From positions 204,910,001 through 204,974,000 of the forward strand of contig CM126212.1 of NCBI GenBank assembly GCA_052327205.1: 64,000 bases of DNA. The letters are read 5' to 3'. Made by a program: the position numbers and the translations under genes. Positions 9,670 through 23,280 of the stretch are shown here, in pieces. Position 1 is the first letter of the stretch, and each line of letters starts with the position of its first letter. Source of the DNA: Somniosus microcephalus. Its lineage: Eukaryota. Under the pieces are notes generated by a model. It had not been told where the DNA came from. It ran no database searches and saw nothing but the letters and a program-made list of their open reading frames with translations.

Positions 9670-11500
9670 AACTGGCAAAACATCAACTGCATATTGGATT
9701 GGAAAGTGGCAAATGTGACACCATTGTTCAAGAAAGAGTGTAAGGACAATCCTAGTAACTACAGGCCAGTCAGTTTAGCATCAGTGGTGGGTAAAGTTTT
9801 AGAAACAATTATCAAGGAAAAAATTAACAGCACGGTGGCATAGTGGTTAGCACTGTTGCCTCACAGCGCCAGGGACCCGGGTTCGAATCCGGCCTCGGGT
9901 GACTGTCTGTGTGGAGTTTGCACATTCTCCCCGTGTTTGCGTGGGTTTCCTCCGGGTGCCGGTCCGGTTTCCTCCCACACTCCAAAGATGTGCAGGTTAG
10001 GTTGATTGGCTATGATAAAATTGACCCTTAGTGCTAGGGGGATTAAATACGTGGGGTTACAGGGATAGGGTGGGATATGTGTTGGTGTAGGGATTACGGG
10101 GATCGGGTGGGATATGTGTCAGTGCAGGCTCGATGGGCCGAAATGGCCTCTATCTGCACTGTGGGGTTTCTGTGAATCTGTGAAAACTTGGAGAGGTTTA
10201 AGCTAATTAAGGAGAGCCAACACAAATTTGTAAAAGGCAGATCAGTTTGACTAATCTAATTGAATTTTTTGATGAAGTAACAGGGAGGATTGATGAAGGG
10301 AATGCGATGGATGTTGTCTACATGGATTTTAGGAAGGCGTTTGACAAAGTACCACATAGAAGGCTGGTTAACAAAATTGAGGCTCATGGAATAGGTGGGT
10401 CAATGGCAGCTTGGATAAGGAATTGGCTTAAGGACAGAAGACAGCGAGTTGTGGTAAATGGCTGTTTTTCAGACTGGAGGATGGTAGACAGTGGTGTTCC
10501 CTAAGGGTCAGTGCTGGGGCCACTGCTTTTTTTGATATATATAAATGACCTGGATATTGGAATACAAAGTAGAATTTCTAACTTTGCCGATAACACCAAA
10601 CTTGGGGGTGTGAAGCAAACAGTGAGGATGATACCAATTGACTGCAACAGGACATAAAAAAGCTAGCAGAATGGGCAGACAAGTGGCAGATGGAATTTAA
10701 TACAGAGAAGTGTGAGGTGATGCATTTTGGCAGAAGGAACAGGGAGAGGCAATATACACTTAATGGCACAGTTTTAAAGAGTGTGCAGGGACAGAGGGAC
10801 CTGGGAGTTAATGTGCATAGGTCGCTGAATTGACAGGACATATTGAGAGAGTGGTTAGCAAAGGATATGTGATCTTGGGTTTCATAAATAGAGGTATTGA
10901 GTACAAAAGTAGAGAAGTTATGCTGAATCTTTATAAAGCGCTGGTTAGGCCACAACTGGAGTATTGCGTCCAGTTCTGGTCACCACACTTTAGGAAGGAT
11001 GTAAAGGCCCTTGAGAGGGTGCAGAGGAGATTTAACAGAATGGTTCCAGGGATGGGGGATCTTAGCTACAAGGACAGGTTGGAGAAGCTGGATTTGTTTT
11101 CATTAGAACAAAAGAGGTTGAGGGGTGATTTGAAAGAGGTGTACAAGATTATGATGGGTTTGGATAGGCTAGACAGGGAAAGGCTGTTCCCACTAGTTGA
11201 TGGTACAAGGAATAGGGGACATAGATTTAAGGTTTTGGGCAAGAGATACAGGGGGGACGCGAGGAAAAACTTTTTTACGCAGCGAGTGGTGAGGACCTGG
11301 AACTCGCTGCCGACGGAAGTGGTGGAAGCGGACACGCTCAATGTTTTCTAGGGGAGACTGGATAGGCACTTGAGGGAAATAAACTTGCAGGGCTACAGGG
11401 ATAGAGCGGGGGAATGGGACTGACTGGATTGCTCTACAGAGAGCTGGCACAGACTCGATGGGCTGAATGGCCTCCTTCTGTGCCATTATGTTATGACTCT
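9670..11500 (+). mobile_element. CR1 LINE 3' portion (decayed RT), interrupted by a SINE
   Basis: DWKVANVTPLFKK, NYRPVSL, DFRKAFDKVPH, RPQLEYCVQFWSP motifs with stops and frameshifts. Confidence 0.9.
9829..10182 (+). mobile_element. tRNA-derived V-SINE (HE1-like)
   Basis: A box tggcatagtgg, B box gggttcgaatcc, V-domain tgtgtggagtttgcacattctccccgtg...ggtttcctcccacactccaaaga, CR1-like tail. Confidence 0.88.
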
Positions 11501-13589
11501 ATATAAAAGGGAGACACCAAAACATCAAATTATAATTGTAATTATATTTAAATTAAGACAAAGAAACCAATATTATTAATTTGTGTAAGTAGGGTCATTG
11601 AAAAACAGTGGAAAAGTAATTAATAAATTAATTTGCAAACATTTGGTATTTGAAGGTGTAATGTTGAGGATGGACATATTTGGTTTACCATTCAGTTCTG
11701 TTTGATTTTGGATATAGAGAGAAATATTACTGTCATTTCTCTAAGTATTATTAATGAACATTCATTTATAATCCCCCCCCATTTGTTAAGTAATTTTGCT
11801 CCTTTCTCCTTAAGTTCCTTTACAAAACACACCATTCCCTGACCAGAGGGTGGGTAGGTTTCTTGCTCTGAGGCCTCTGTAATTCTTTCGAGAGACACTT
11901 GAAGGTGTGTGAGAGTGACTCAAGGTGACTCACCCTCTGATTTCTGATTTTCCATCTCTCCCTGTGGGAAGTGCTTGGCCTCAGCTTGACGACTCCCACT
12001 GATAGTGATTGAGATTGAGAACTTACCACGTTGGTAATCATGATTGCTTCAATGTGCCTCCCTTAATTTGTTTCTTAAAGTTTAAGTAATAATGCAAGAA
12101 ATGGTCAAATGCAGCTACACAAGTCTCTGAGATTACATTTTCAATGCATAAGCAAGTGCTGGATTTAAATAATTCACCAATATTCCTCTGGTACAATGCA
12201 CAATACAGTTGATTTTGTAAAATAGATTCCTTCAAAAGGAAATCTGAATGATTTTTAAATAGTACATTTTTCATTGCATTCAAATTTCAATTAGATTTGA
12301 ATGAAACAAATGTGATTGAGTGTTTCAACAAGGGATTTGATTTACTAACAATTGAACACAGTTTCACAAAAGTGTTGATAGCAAAGATTAACCGTGCCAA
12401 GAACCTTACATCATTCTTCAGTATGTCAGGGCACATTAAAATACAGCTTTAAATCCATTGCTAATACAGTAATGGATACATGGGTAATTAGGGCCTGTAT
12501 TCATAAAATAAATTAGTTATAATCTAATGAATCCAATGATCTTCATGGTGTAGATAAAACTCATTTCTATGAATAATATTAAGTAGAATCTAATCTAATG
12601 AATAGTGGTCTCAATAAACAGATGTACATCCTAACAATTGGTTTGTTTTTCAGGCTTACTAAGAGATTGAATTGTACGTTTAGGAATAATCAGTGGTGGT
12701 AGAATTTGAATCAAATTCATACAGAGGAGTTAAATAGGTATGCATAGTCTTTAAGTCATTATCCTAGATTGTTGTATTACTATAGACAAGGAATGCCACA
12801 TCAAATAGGAGTTAATGTTTAAGATGTCATGAAAGCTGTTAATACTTCTACTTTTTTGATACATAAACAAAAGCTAGCACATGATTTTATTTCAGTTAGT
12901 ACATAACTGTAGTTCCCTTATTGCATTTCTTGTGAGAATTGTCAGTGTAGAAAACAGTGTATGTAAATGTACTTAGCTAACGATGTTATATTATATACAT
13001 ATATATATGTGTAAAAATTATATCATGAAGACCCGTCTACCTTTTGTGTTTTTATTGCACATCAAGCTGTACAAGTGTGTAGCCACATTATGTAAAATAC
13101 TGCAGTAAAACCTGAGCATTTTTAAACCAAATACAGTTATAATAAAAAAATAAGAGAGACTTTTACAAACAACTGAACACATTTTGTTATGACCTCAACT
13201 GTAACATTAGACTTTGCATATAGCATGCTTGCATGCAGTTCCGAACGCATTTTTAGTAGGAATGTTTATTTCTGGCTGTGTAATTCAGTGTCCTCCAGGA
13301 ATTAAAATATTAAGCCATTTATGTTTCTTTTAGCCACAACACTGTACTTTATCTCAACAAATGTCTCTCCTAAAGCAATGCACAAGGTCAACCATATCTA
13401 CTTCATATGATTAGGACAACTGCAGAATTACATGCAAATGATTATAACATGAGTTCAGAAGCACACCCATTTAATTTTTAATAATGGGCCAGAGACAGTT
13501 TTTCAAAATTTTTAGCAATAACAGGCTATTCCTCAGTCACACACCACCACATTATGACATTTTTGTGTACACATTTCAAGACGATTTTG

Positions 13590-14458
13590 GGAATACATGC
13601 TCCTGGTCAGGTGCTTCACCCGCCGGGAGCACATATTAGCAAATTGCAAGCATGCTCCCCATGATATTCCATCCATTCATTTTAGCAAAAATGGGCCAAA
13701 ATCTGCTGTGGCAGGGCAAGGAATGGCACCTGCTGTTACTTAGACTTGCCCTTGCATGCTTAATGTCGACGAAACTTTGCCCTGCAAGTTGCTGGAAGGG
13801 TGAGATGGAAACAGCACGGCGCCCTCTACAGGACATCTGGGATCTGAGTGAATAGAGCGTGCAACTGTGTATCTCCTTAACCAATCAGATTGAAGGATTG
13901 TGAAATTAACAGCGCAAGACTGAGAAGGAAGTGTAAAATAGAGTGGGTGAATTCAATGTCAGATCAGGTACAGAAAAAGAAATAGAGAGGGAAAGAAAGA
14001 TTGGATTAAAAGAGAGAGAAAAAAGAGATAGAAAGAAAAAGTAATAAAAATGTAATTACTTTTTTTAAACAAATTCTCCAAGAACAATTAAAACCTGAAG
14101 GAATGAGATTCCACATTTGTAATAGTTAATTTTGAGTGCCAGAGAGGTTGACTATCAGTAATTAACACTTACCACGTTGAAATAACTTGACTTAACTTTC
14201 TGTGGTGAGTTTACCTCGTATCGACCGTGAAAGTACAGCAACTTCATGCTGCTCAATGCGTTTGAATGGGGAGCGAGACAGCGAAATGCCATTTTCGCAA
14301 AGCTAACGGTGGAGAGTTAATTGCATATTCGACAGCAACCTTTTGATTTCTGCATTTAATCGCGCATCCGCCCTCGCCTGAAGTTGCTGTGACATTTGCG
14401 CATAAATAATGGCGAGCGCTATTAACCTTGCTGCTATTTTGACAGCAAATTTTGGACC
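13590..14458. mobile_element. Probable old non-autonomous DNA element
   Basis: GC/CpG-richer arms around an AT- and purine-rich centre; right end aaattttggacc resembles the Harbinger-type termini. Left end not resolved. Confidence 0.35.
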
Positions 14459-15029
14459 ATTATAAATCATAAGACCTGTATTTTCATCTGTATGTTAACT
14501 GTTATAAAATATAGATATGTGTAAATAGGGGCATAACACTGGCAGAAAGTAGTAATGGACTGTTCGTACTACTACTCATAATAGTATTTCCATCCTAAAA
14601 TAGGTTCGAAGAAATGAGTGAAAACCACGTACCCCCCACCCCGAGCTTTCTGTTTATTTAGGCCTTATTAAAAGCCAGTCGTGAGAAACTTTTACACAAT
14701 TATGTGGGTGTGGCAATAAAATCAAAAAGTGAGTATTGAAATCCAGATTAGCTTAATGAACACCAAGATTTCAAAGAATCACCACAGCTTTCAGAGAGCA
14801 GCGTAATAAAAGTTATATCAACATAGTGTAGAACATAACAATTTTACAGAAATGGGCATTTGAAAAATATACAATTGTTTTCATCTGCTTTAGGCCTCTA
14901 GGTTATTCAGTTCCTGTGGCCATGGAGACTATCGTTCATATACAGGCGACAAGCCAGAAAAGCTAACAGCCTACTGTCATTTCCTCAGTCCTATTGGAAT
15001 GTCACAAATTACATTCTTTGTGACTGCGA

Positions 15030-16200
15030 CCATGATAAACTATCCCACCTCATTCTTCTCGATCTATCTGCAGCCTTTGACACAGTTGACAACACCCTCC
15101 TCCTCCAACGCCTCTCCTATCGAACCATAGCCAGAGAGTCACCTGCAATGGTTTCTCTTCCCACTCCCGCACCGTTACCTCTGGAGTCCCCCAAGGGTCT
15201 ATCCTTGGGCCCCTTCTATTTTTCATCTACATGCTGCCCCTCGGTGATATCATTCGAAAGCACAGCATCAGGTTCCACATATACGCTGATGACACGCAAC
15301 GCTGGCTCACTGCCACCTCTCTGGACCCCTCCACTGTCTCTGATTTGTCATACTGCTTGTCTGCCATCCAATATTGAAAGGGTAGAAATTTCCTCCAACT
15401 AAAAATTGGGAAGACTGAAGCCATTGTCTTTGGTCCCCGTCACATTCCCTGACCACCATTACCATCCCTGGCAACTGTCTGAAGCTGAGCCAGACCGTTC
15501 ACAACCTTGCTGTTGTGTTTGACCCCGAGACGAGTTTCCGACCACATATCCGCTCCATCACCAAGACTGCCTGCTTCTACCTCCGTAACATCGCCCCGAC
15601 AGCTCATCTGCTGCTGAAACCCTCATCCATGCATTTGTCACCTCTAGACTTGACTATTCCAATGCTCTATTGCACAGCCTCCCATCTTCCATACTGCATA
15701 AACTTGAGCTCATCCAAAACTCTGCTGCCCATATCTTAACTCACTCCAAGTCTCGTTCACCCATCACCCCATTGCTTGCTGACCGGCTCCCGGTCCAACA
15801 GCGCCTCAATTTTAAAATCCTCATCCTTGTTTTCAAAATCCCTTCATAGCCTCACCCCTCCCTATCTCTGTAACCTCCTCCAGCCCTACAAGCCTGCAAG
15901 ATCTCTACGCTCCTCCAATTCTAGCCTCTTGTGCATCCCCGATTGTAATCGCGCCACCATTGGCGGCTGTGCTTTCAGCTGCCTAGGACCTAAGCTCTGG
16001 AATTCCTTCCCTAAAACTCTCCCCCCCTTTAAGACACTCCTTAAAACCTACCTCTTTGGCCAAGCTTTTGGTCATCTGTCCTCATATCTTCTTCTGTGGT
16101 TCAGTGCCAATAATGTTTTTATTGATATCGCTCTTGTTAAGCACCTTGGGATGTTTTGCTACATTAAATGCGCTATATAAATGTAAGTTGTTTTTGTTGT
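15030..16200 (+). mobile_element. L2-type LINE 3' fragment (decayed)
   Basis: LDLSAAFDTVD, GVPQGSILGP and YADDTQ remnants; tail ctatataaatgtaagttgtttttgttgt. Confidence 0.85.
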
Positions 16201-17205
16201 ATGGTTCTTTTATAGAAATGCATAATATCCAGATTTATAATTGAATAGCTCAGAAACTGGTGATACTTAGTGGAGAACAAAAGTGACAGTTTACTGCTTA
16301 GAGCACTCACCACATTAAAATAAAGTAAAATATTTAATTTTTCATTGATGGAGTGATGGCCATGTTTCTAACAAAATACTGCAGCAAATATAGGTTTAGC
16401 CAATGAGGGGTTTCAAAATTGTGTTTTACTTTTTTCTATAATATTTAAAACATCCCTCTTGTCTTACATACAAGTATTATTGATGAAGAAGATAAAAACT
16501 GCTATATAGATTTTCTTTAGGAGGGGGTTGTTTGAATATAAAACTGCTTGAGCTTTTGGTTAACTTTCCTTATTTCTTTTTCTATGGATCACTGAAGTTG
16601 AAGTTGGGACACGTCAGTCTAGTCAAGCCTGTAAAATTGGATACACAGTTGAAACACTGCTTTCCAGGACATGTCTTCAGTAGATGAGCTTTGCAGTTAT
16701 ACATCTGGAACTTTGCATTGCAAATGAGCAATATGGATAGGATAAATGCCAGCAGTGTTCTTGCTTCAGTGCTCTGTATCCTGTGGACTGTAGTGTGTTT
16801 GGCCAAAGCAAGTGCAGGGATACATTTTCACATTTATAGCTTAGAGCAGTGCATGCTGGGACCCCATATCGGATATTGGGTGTGGACGATTGTGCACCCA
16901 TTGTACAGCCAACCTGATTTTCTGTCCATTTAAATGTGTGTGCAATTCTCCATGCCCAATATTGCAGTAGGAGTTCTCAGTGTGTGCTCCTCTGCACTGG
17001 GAACACAAATGTACCTTCATATATCCTACAGTGATGGTAATCATATTTTACCAGTTTTCCGGGCCCAGGAAGTTTAAATAGACTGGAGCTTCCACATTGT
17101 TCACATCACAAGGGACTTCCTGGATGGCAGTGGACATGGATGATACATTGGTGATTGGTGCAGCTTGAGGGTCAAAGGGTGGTGATTGCAGTGGGAGTGG
17201 CAAGG

Positions 17206-18498
17206 CAGCACTGGGGGGAGCAGCACTGGTGGTAGCAGCACTAGGGGGAGCAGCACTGGTGGTTGCAGCACTGGGGGGAGCAGCACTGGTGGTAGCAGCA
17301 CTGGGGGGAGCAGCACTGGTGGTAGCAGCACTGGGGGGAGCAGCACTGGGGGGAGCATCACTGATGGTAGCAGCACTGGGGGGAGCAGCACTGGTGGTAG
17401 CAGCACTAGGGGGAGCAGCACTGGTGGTTGCAGCACTGGGGGGAGCAGCACTGGTGGTAGCAGCACTGGTGGTAGCAGCACTGGGGGGAGCAGCACTGGG
17501 GGGAGCAGCACTGGTGGTAGCAGCACTGGGGGGAGCAGCACTGGGGGGAGCAGCACTGGTGGTAGCAGCACTGGGGGGAGCAGCACTGATGCTAGCAGCA
17601 CTGTGGGGAGCAGCACTGGGGGGGAGCAGCACTGGTGGTAGCAGCACTGGGGGGAGCAGCACTGGGGGGAGCAGCACTGGGGGGAGCAGCACTGATGGTA
17701 GCAGCACTGGTGCTAGCAGCACTGGGGGGAGCAGCACTGGTGGTTGCAGCACTGGGGGGAGCAGCACCGGGGGGAGCAGCACTGGGGGGAGCAGCACTGG
17801 TGGTAGCAGCACTGGGGGGAGCAGCACTGGGGGGGAGCAGCACTGGTGCTAGCAGCACTGGGGGGAGCAGCACTGGGGGGAGCAGCACTGGTGGTAGCTG
17901 CACTGGGGGGAGCAGCACTGGTGGTAGCAGCACTGGGGGGAGCAGCAGTGGTGGTAGCAGCACTGGGGGGAGCAGCACTGGTGGTAGCAGCACTGGGGGG
18001 AGCAGCAGTGGTGGTAGCAGCACTGGGGGGAGCTGCACTGGGGGGAGCAGCACTGGTGGTAGCAGCACGGGGGGAGCAGCAGTGGTGGTAGCAGCACTGG
18101 GGGGAGCAGCAGTGGTGGTAGCAGCACTGGGGGGAGCTGCACTGGGGGGAGCAGCACTGGGGGGAGCAGCAGTGGTGGTAGCAGCACTGGGGGGAGCAGT
18201 ACTGGGGGGAGCAGCAGTGGGAGGAGCAGCACTGGGGGGAGCAGCAGTGGTGGTAGCAGCACTGGGGGGAGCTGCACTGGGGGGAGCAGCACTGGGGGGA
18301 GCAGCAGTGGTGGTAGCAGCACTGGTGGGAGCAGCACTGGGGGGAGCAGCACTGGGAGGAGCAGCACTGGGGGGAGCAGCAGTGGGAGGAGCAGCACTGG
18401 GGGGAGCAGCAGTAGGAGGAGCAGCACTGGTGGTAGCAGCACTGGGGGGAGCAGCACTGGTGATAGCAGCACTGGTGGTAGCAGCACTGGGGGTAGCA
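17206..18498. repeat. 15-bp minisatellite, about 1.3 kb
   Basis: Interspersed units gggggagcagcactg and gtggtagcagcactg. Confidence 0.97.
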
Positions 18499-18590
18499 GA
18501 GATGTCATCAAAGGCAGCAAAAGGAGAAAGTGGTGTTGGAGCTGGTCAGGGAGTAGCAGACAATGGTGAGAAGAGGATCAAAAAGGTATA

Positions 18591-20692
18591 GGCCGGGAAA
18601 TTGGAGGCATTAGCGCCGGCCATTAAGGCAAGTTTGGAAGAAAAAATGGTGGCCGCCTCACTTCTGCCCGCTTTTGGGCAGGTCAGCAGTGTTACCGTTG
18701 CCTGCGCTCACTTCCCATATTTAAATGATCCAGATCGTGATGTCAATCAGCAAGCAACACCTGAACTGACGCACGTTGCCACTCTTAATAACACCCTCTC
18801 CAAACCACGCATGGAAGAATGTGGATGCAGCAGTAGAACGGAACTGCTGCCATCGCTCCTTAAAGGAATACACACTACTTTCAAGTAAGTTTAGATTTTT
18901 GCTTTTGGACTGGTTTCTTTACATTTTGTTGGAGTAGCGGCTTGGTGTAATACATTTAAAAAGTTGCTAGTGTGAAGGGGATGCGGGGAGTGCTGCTGGA
19001 CTCCAAGAACACCGCTTGCTCACAGTCCTGGGGGCTCTAGTTACAGTCCCCACATCAAGATGGAGCAGAGGCAGCAAAGGGGACAAGCTGCTCGCAGAGG
19101 GAGGAGGAAGAGGAGGAAGCAGAAGAGGAGGAAGCAGAAGAGGAAAAAGCAGAAGAGGAGGAAGCAGAAGGAAGGAGACAACCCAGACAGCCCCTTTCTG
19201 ACCGGGATATCTGGGATCGAATCATCTGCCTGCACTAGCAGTGACCACAACCCCAATTCCCCTTTAAACATTTGTCCCACACCTTATCTTCCCTCTGTTA
19301 CTGACCATCACAGCATCTTCTTGGTCACAATGCTGAAATAAAAGCTACCACAAAGCAAACTTTCCAATCCAACTTTATCCATATATGCATCCAATATTAC
19401 ATCACAAAAAATCAATGAATCACCCTTGTGCATTCCCTTAGTGACTGTCTTACGTGTGCCTTTGCCTATCCTAGTGATGTTACGCAGTGCTACCCCAGTG
19501 GCTACAGCATGGCTGGTGGAAGGTTGCTGACTTTCAATGGGGGACACTGCAAATGGCCTTGCAGGATGCCCTCGAGGAGCTGGTGGCTGGGAGTGTGAAA
19601 TCAAGTGACGGTGTTTCTTCTTCTTTTTCTTCTTCTTCTTCACTCTCCTTCTTGGTCAACCACTGACTGGGCAGGCTGGATTTCTTGTGTGTCTGAAATG
19701 AGGAAGGCAGAAGGGCAGGGTTGTGGTGAGGGGAGGGGAGAAAAGCAAGAGGTGCATGCTTACACCATGTGCAGCTTGTAAATCAGAAAATATTGTGGGA
19801 TGAGGGGGTAGTGGGATGTGAGAAGGAGGATAACATATGAGGCTACCCGCATCTTGTATTCTTTCAGCCCCGCTGCTGGCCAAGGGCCCAGCCATACCCA
19901 TGCCAAGAATGGCCAGCACCGTCTCCTCCAAGGGAGTGAGGTGAAACTATGAATGTGAGGTGTGCCTTTTTATTGTTAGAGATTGTTGGTAGGTGAGTGA
20001 TGGGGGTGGGGGTCGTGCATTGAGCAGTGTGTGAGGCTAGTGGTGCAGTTGGTAGGAGATGGCTTTTGAAGATGCATTCACTGACCTTGACCACTCGTCT
20101 GAGGTCATGAAACTTCTTTGGGCACTGGAGCCAGGTCCTGGGGGTGACACTGCTGGCAGTGACTATCTCGGCAATCTGGTCCCCTTCTTTCTGGAGGGCC
20201 TTCTGGCCCCTTGTGGGTAGAGGACCTCTCTTCCAGTGTTGACCCCCTGCACAAAGCTCGAGTGCTGCATCCGAGATCCTGGGTGCTCTTTCCCTGGCCT
20301 GTTTAGCCATTTGAGTTAGTGCTGAAGCACTTTTAGCCTTTTTGATCAGCAGAAGGCAACTCATCTTTAAGAGGTGCGGACTGCCTAGTGCCGAAGCAAT
20401 TTAATTTTTTTTAGCTGCAGCCTGCAGCTCAGCTTTAGAGCTGCAGACTGCCTTGAAGAGGAGCAGGCTAGCTTTAGGTAAGGCTAGCCTCGCTCCAGCA
20501 GCGCAAACTTTGGCACGCTGCTGTGCGCACAGCCTGTCAGCAGTGCTTTCAGTGCTAGGCTGTGCGCTACAATCATGGTAATTAGCAGGCAGCACGAAGT
20601 TGACACGGTGCCTGCCCTTTTTGAATGGGTACGGGCATATCTCACATCGTGGTGCCCTCGCCCATTTTCCAGCGGTATCAAATTTCCTGGCC
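18591..20692. mobile_element. PIF/Harbinger-derived element
   Basis: TIRs ggccgggaaatt / aatttcctggcc. Minus-strand Myb/SANT-like remnant (MAKQARERAPRISDAALE...RTWLQCPKKFHDLRRVVK|gtcagt). Confidence 0.75.
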
Positions 20693-20739
20693 ATTATGTC
20701 AGTGTTTGGTGGGGAGTTAGGATTTTAATGTATGAGGGT

Positions 20740-21207
20740 TACATTTTTATTTTATGAAAGGTGGATTTTTTGTGTAGGATGCTAAATTTATAATATAGAA
20801 GGGATGAATTTTTGGTGTATGGGTCGTTAGATTTTTATTGCACAGGGGCTTGGATTTTGAATTTATGAAGGGGTAGCATATGGGGGCTGGATTGTTAGCA
20901 TGAGGTCTTGGATTGTTTGCGAATGGAGGATTTGATTTTTGGTGTATGGGAGGGGGCTTGGATCCTCTGTGTGCAGGGCAGTTTAGTTTTTTGCATGGGG
21001 GGCTTGGATTTTGAAAGTACAAGGGCTTGGATTTTGCAGATGTTTCTTAAATTAATGTGCAAATGTTTTAGTACAAAAAAAAAGCTAATGTGTGGCACAC
21101 CGTGTTTGATCACGATTCTGCCTGTCTCCAAATTGTTCTGATTGTGCGCAGTCCATTCAATGTTTGTGCCATGTAGATTCGCCCCCCTGAAAGGTTAGAT
21201 ACCCCTG
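20740..21207 (-). mobile_element. Possible hAT-type terminus with degenerate subterminal repeats
   Basis: Minus strand starts caggggtatctaacctt; ggggcttggatttt recurs several times. No partner TIR or TSD confirmed. Confidence 0.35.
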
Positions 21208-21957
21208 TTCCAGAGAATTAATGCAGATGAAAACAATTGTGTTTTCACAAGTGTCAACTTCTGGGAATTGTTATGCTGCATATCTTGTTGAGGTAACATC
21301 TATGAAAGCCACACATATAATTTGTAGTGCGACTGCATTCATTTTAGCATGATCTATGAGGAATAAAAACTTTATTTGTCTTTATAAAATACCATTATTT
21401 GTAAAGAAACCTATTCAATTTCTTAGCAATCTACTTAGCATCAGATTCAGTTTTTTGCAGGTTTCAAAAATCTGTGGGAAAATAGGGTATGCAACCCCAT
21501 TTTTGCATAGAGGAAAATATGGCCCATGGTGTTTTTAATGTGGTGCTATAAATCCTGATGCTAAAATGCCAGGGCACTCCTAGCAATATAATGAGACATC
21601 AGGAAAATACGCATATTTTTAATTAAAATAGAAGTTTTAACGCAGAACATCTAGTTGGGATTCGAACATCAAATGACTAAAGCTTTAGTGACCTAAATCA
21701 AGATGTCAAGTTCTATTAATAAATCTAGTACTAGTTGAGGAATCTAAGCTTTCACCTGTGGTATAAACAGCAGCTAACAGTGTAGTTCACTCCTGAGCAA
21801 GATCTGCATAATTTTTGGCTTATCAGCTCTTTTTAATTTTTGCACAAATTGCATATTCCACCTTCCTAATTGTGTGTCGTCCCTGCACATTTAACTGTTT
21901 TAAATTTTGGAATACTGTAATTGATAATCAAATGTGTATTATATAAGTTTTCTGAAT

Positions 21958-22501
21958 GGCCGGGATTTTCCGGGGCCTATGACCGCGTATGCTAAATGCC
22001 CCACAAGTTCTGGGTTACCGCATGTGCTGCGCATGCGCGAAAACCCGGAACTTGTGATCTGTCAAGTTTCAGCTTGGTTTTTTGGCCCCTGGAAAAATGT
22101 TTACATTTATTTGTCAAAAAATTAAATTTTTGTTTTAAATGCTTAATTAAATTGTATTTTAATTAATTTTGACCATGGGATGATTTATTTTTATTTAAGT
22201 GCTGTGAAAGTGTGTCTTTTAGGGGATTCCTGTTAAGCTTCTGGGGATTCCGTACGTAAATGAGATCCCCATAAGCATAATGGGGATCCCCCTTTGTGAT
22301 TGGTTGGGCCGGCCCACGTGATCGCAGGGACACTTGCAAACCGCCTGCGCCCCCAGGATACGTGGGCCTTTACACAGGCCTACGCCTGCAGGCCCAGGAG
22401 TGCGAGTCTTCGAAGGTACGGAGGCACCAGGTAGGTGCAGAGTTTACTTGCGGTTCGGAGCCGTTTGCCCGCGGGAAGCCTCCGACCGCAATTTCCAGCC
22501 C
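21958..22501. mobile_element. Harbinger-type MITE
   Basis: Termini ggccgggattttcc / gcaatttccagccc; CpG-rich arms, AT-rich core. Confidence 0.6.
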
Positions 22502-22984
22502 ATAAAGTCAAAACCAAACTGTTTGTAACCCGACATGGGCATGACATTTATTGGCTCATTAGTGAAGAATTACCTTCTTCATAGCCCTTTCATTTGCAAA
22601 TTACATAAATAAAATGGCCTAAAAATTAAAAAATTGTTGACAGGGTAAGTTTCCTATAGTTAGGGAAAAGTTTAGAAAATATATTTGTAAAGAGTAATTT
22701 TAAATAAGGCTCAATTTTATTCATGTAACTTTTAACTTGTTATATAGATGGTTCAACAATTTACAAATTATCTTTGCTGCTGCGTTGAATGCTGGCTTAA
22801 ATTGGCAATTTTATTTATTAAATCGTTATCAGTTGCCTTTGACTTAATATTACAGTTACATTTTATATTCAGAAAATTAAATTCTCTGATTTTTGCTATA
22901 ATCCACTGGACCTTTTGTTAAAAATTCACAAGCAGCATGAATTTAAACATCCTCAATAAATAAATGTATAAAAATGTTAATCCC

Positions 22985-23280
22985 AGGAAGGCTGAGGGTT
23001 CAATCCCCAGTCTGTGCTGAGTTAGTTGACTACAGGCAGGTGGTAGAGGTGCTATAATTGCTATCAATGCCCCTAGTCTAGGGAGGGGAACGTCAGCTGG
23101 AAGTGACCATGTGCAGTAATTGGGCAATGGCAGGACTTGATTGGGGTGCTTCATACAGCCAAATAGCTTGGCAACTATAATAACAAGGTTCAAATGCGAA
23201 TATTGGCCACTTGGGCATGATACTGAAGGGTGCCTAGATCCGTGGAACCATATCTCAGCAAAGAGTTATCATTTTTAGGA
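22985..23280 (+). mobile_element. Old SINE remnant (possibly MER131-like)
   Basis: B-box-like gggttcaatccc followed by ctgtgctgagttag...ctagggagggga; family name is from memory only. Confidence 0.4.

Noticed and set aside
9836-9900. tRNA gene
   Set aside because: The A and B boxes belong to a SINE head followed by a V-domain.
17206-18498. CRISPR-like array
   Set aside because: No unique spacers; eukaryotic tandem repeat.
17048-18591. Long ORFs in the minisatellite as mucin-, antifreeze- or elastin-like genes
   Set aside because: All frames are open simply because the 15-mer has no stop; frames shift within the array and no credible splice structure was found.
16405-21207. Complete hAT transposon bounded by gaggggtttcaaaatt and caggggtatctaacct
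   Set aside because: The TIR match is weak and the 8-bp flanks (tagccaat, ttccagag) do not form a TSD.
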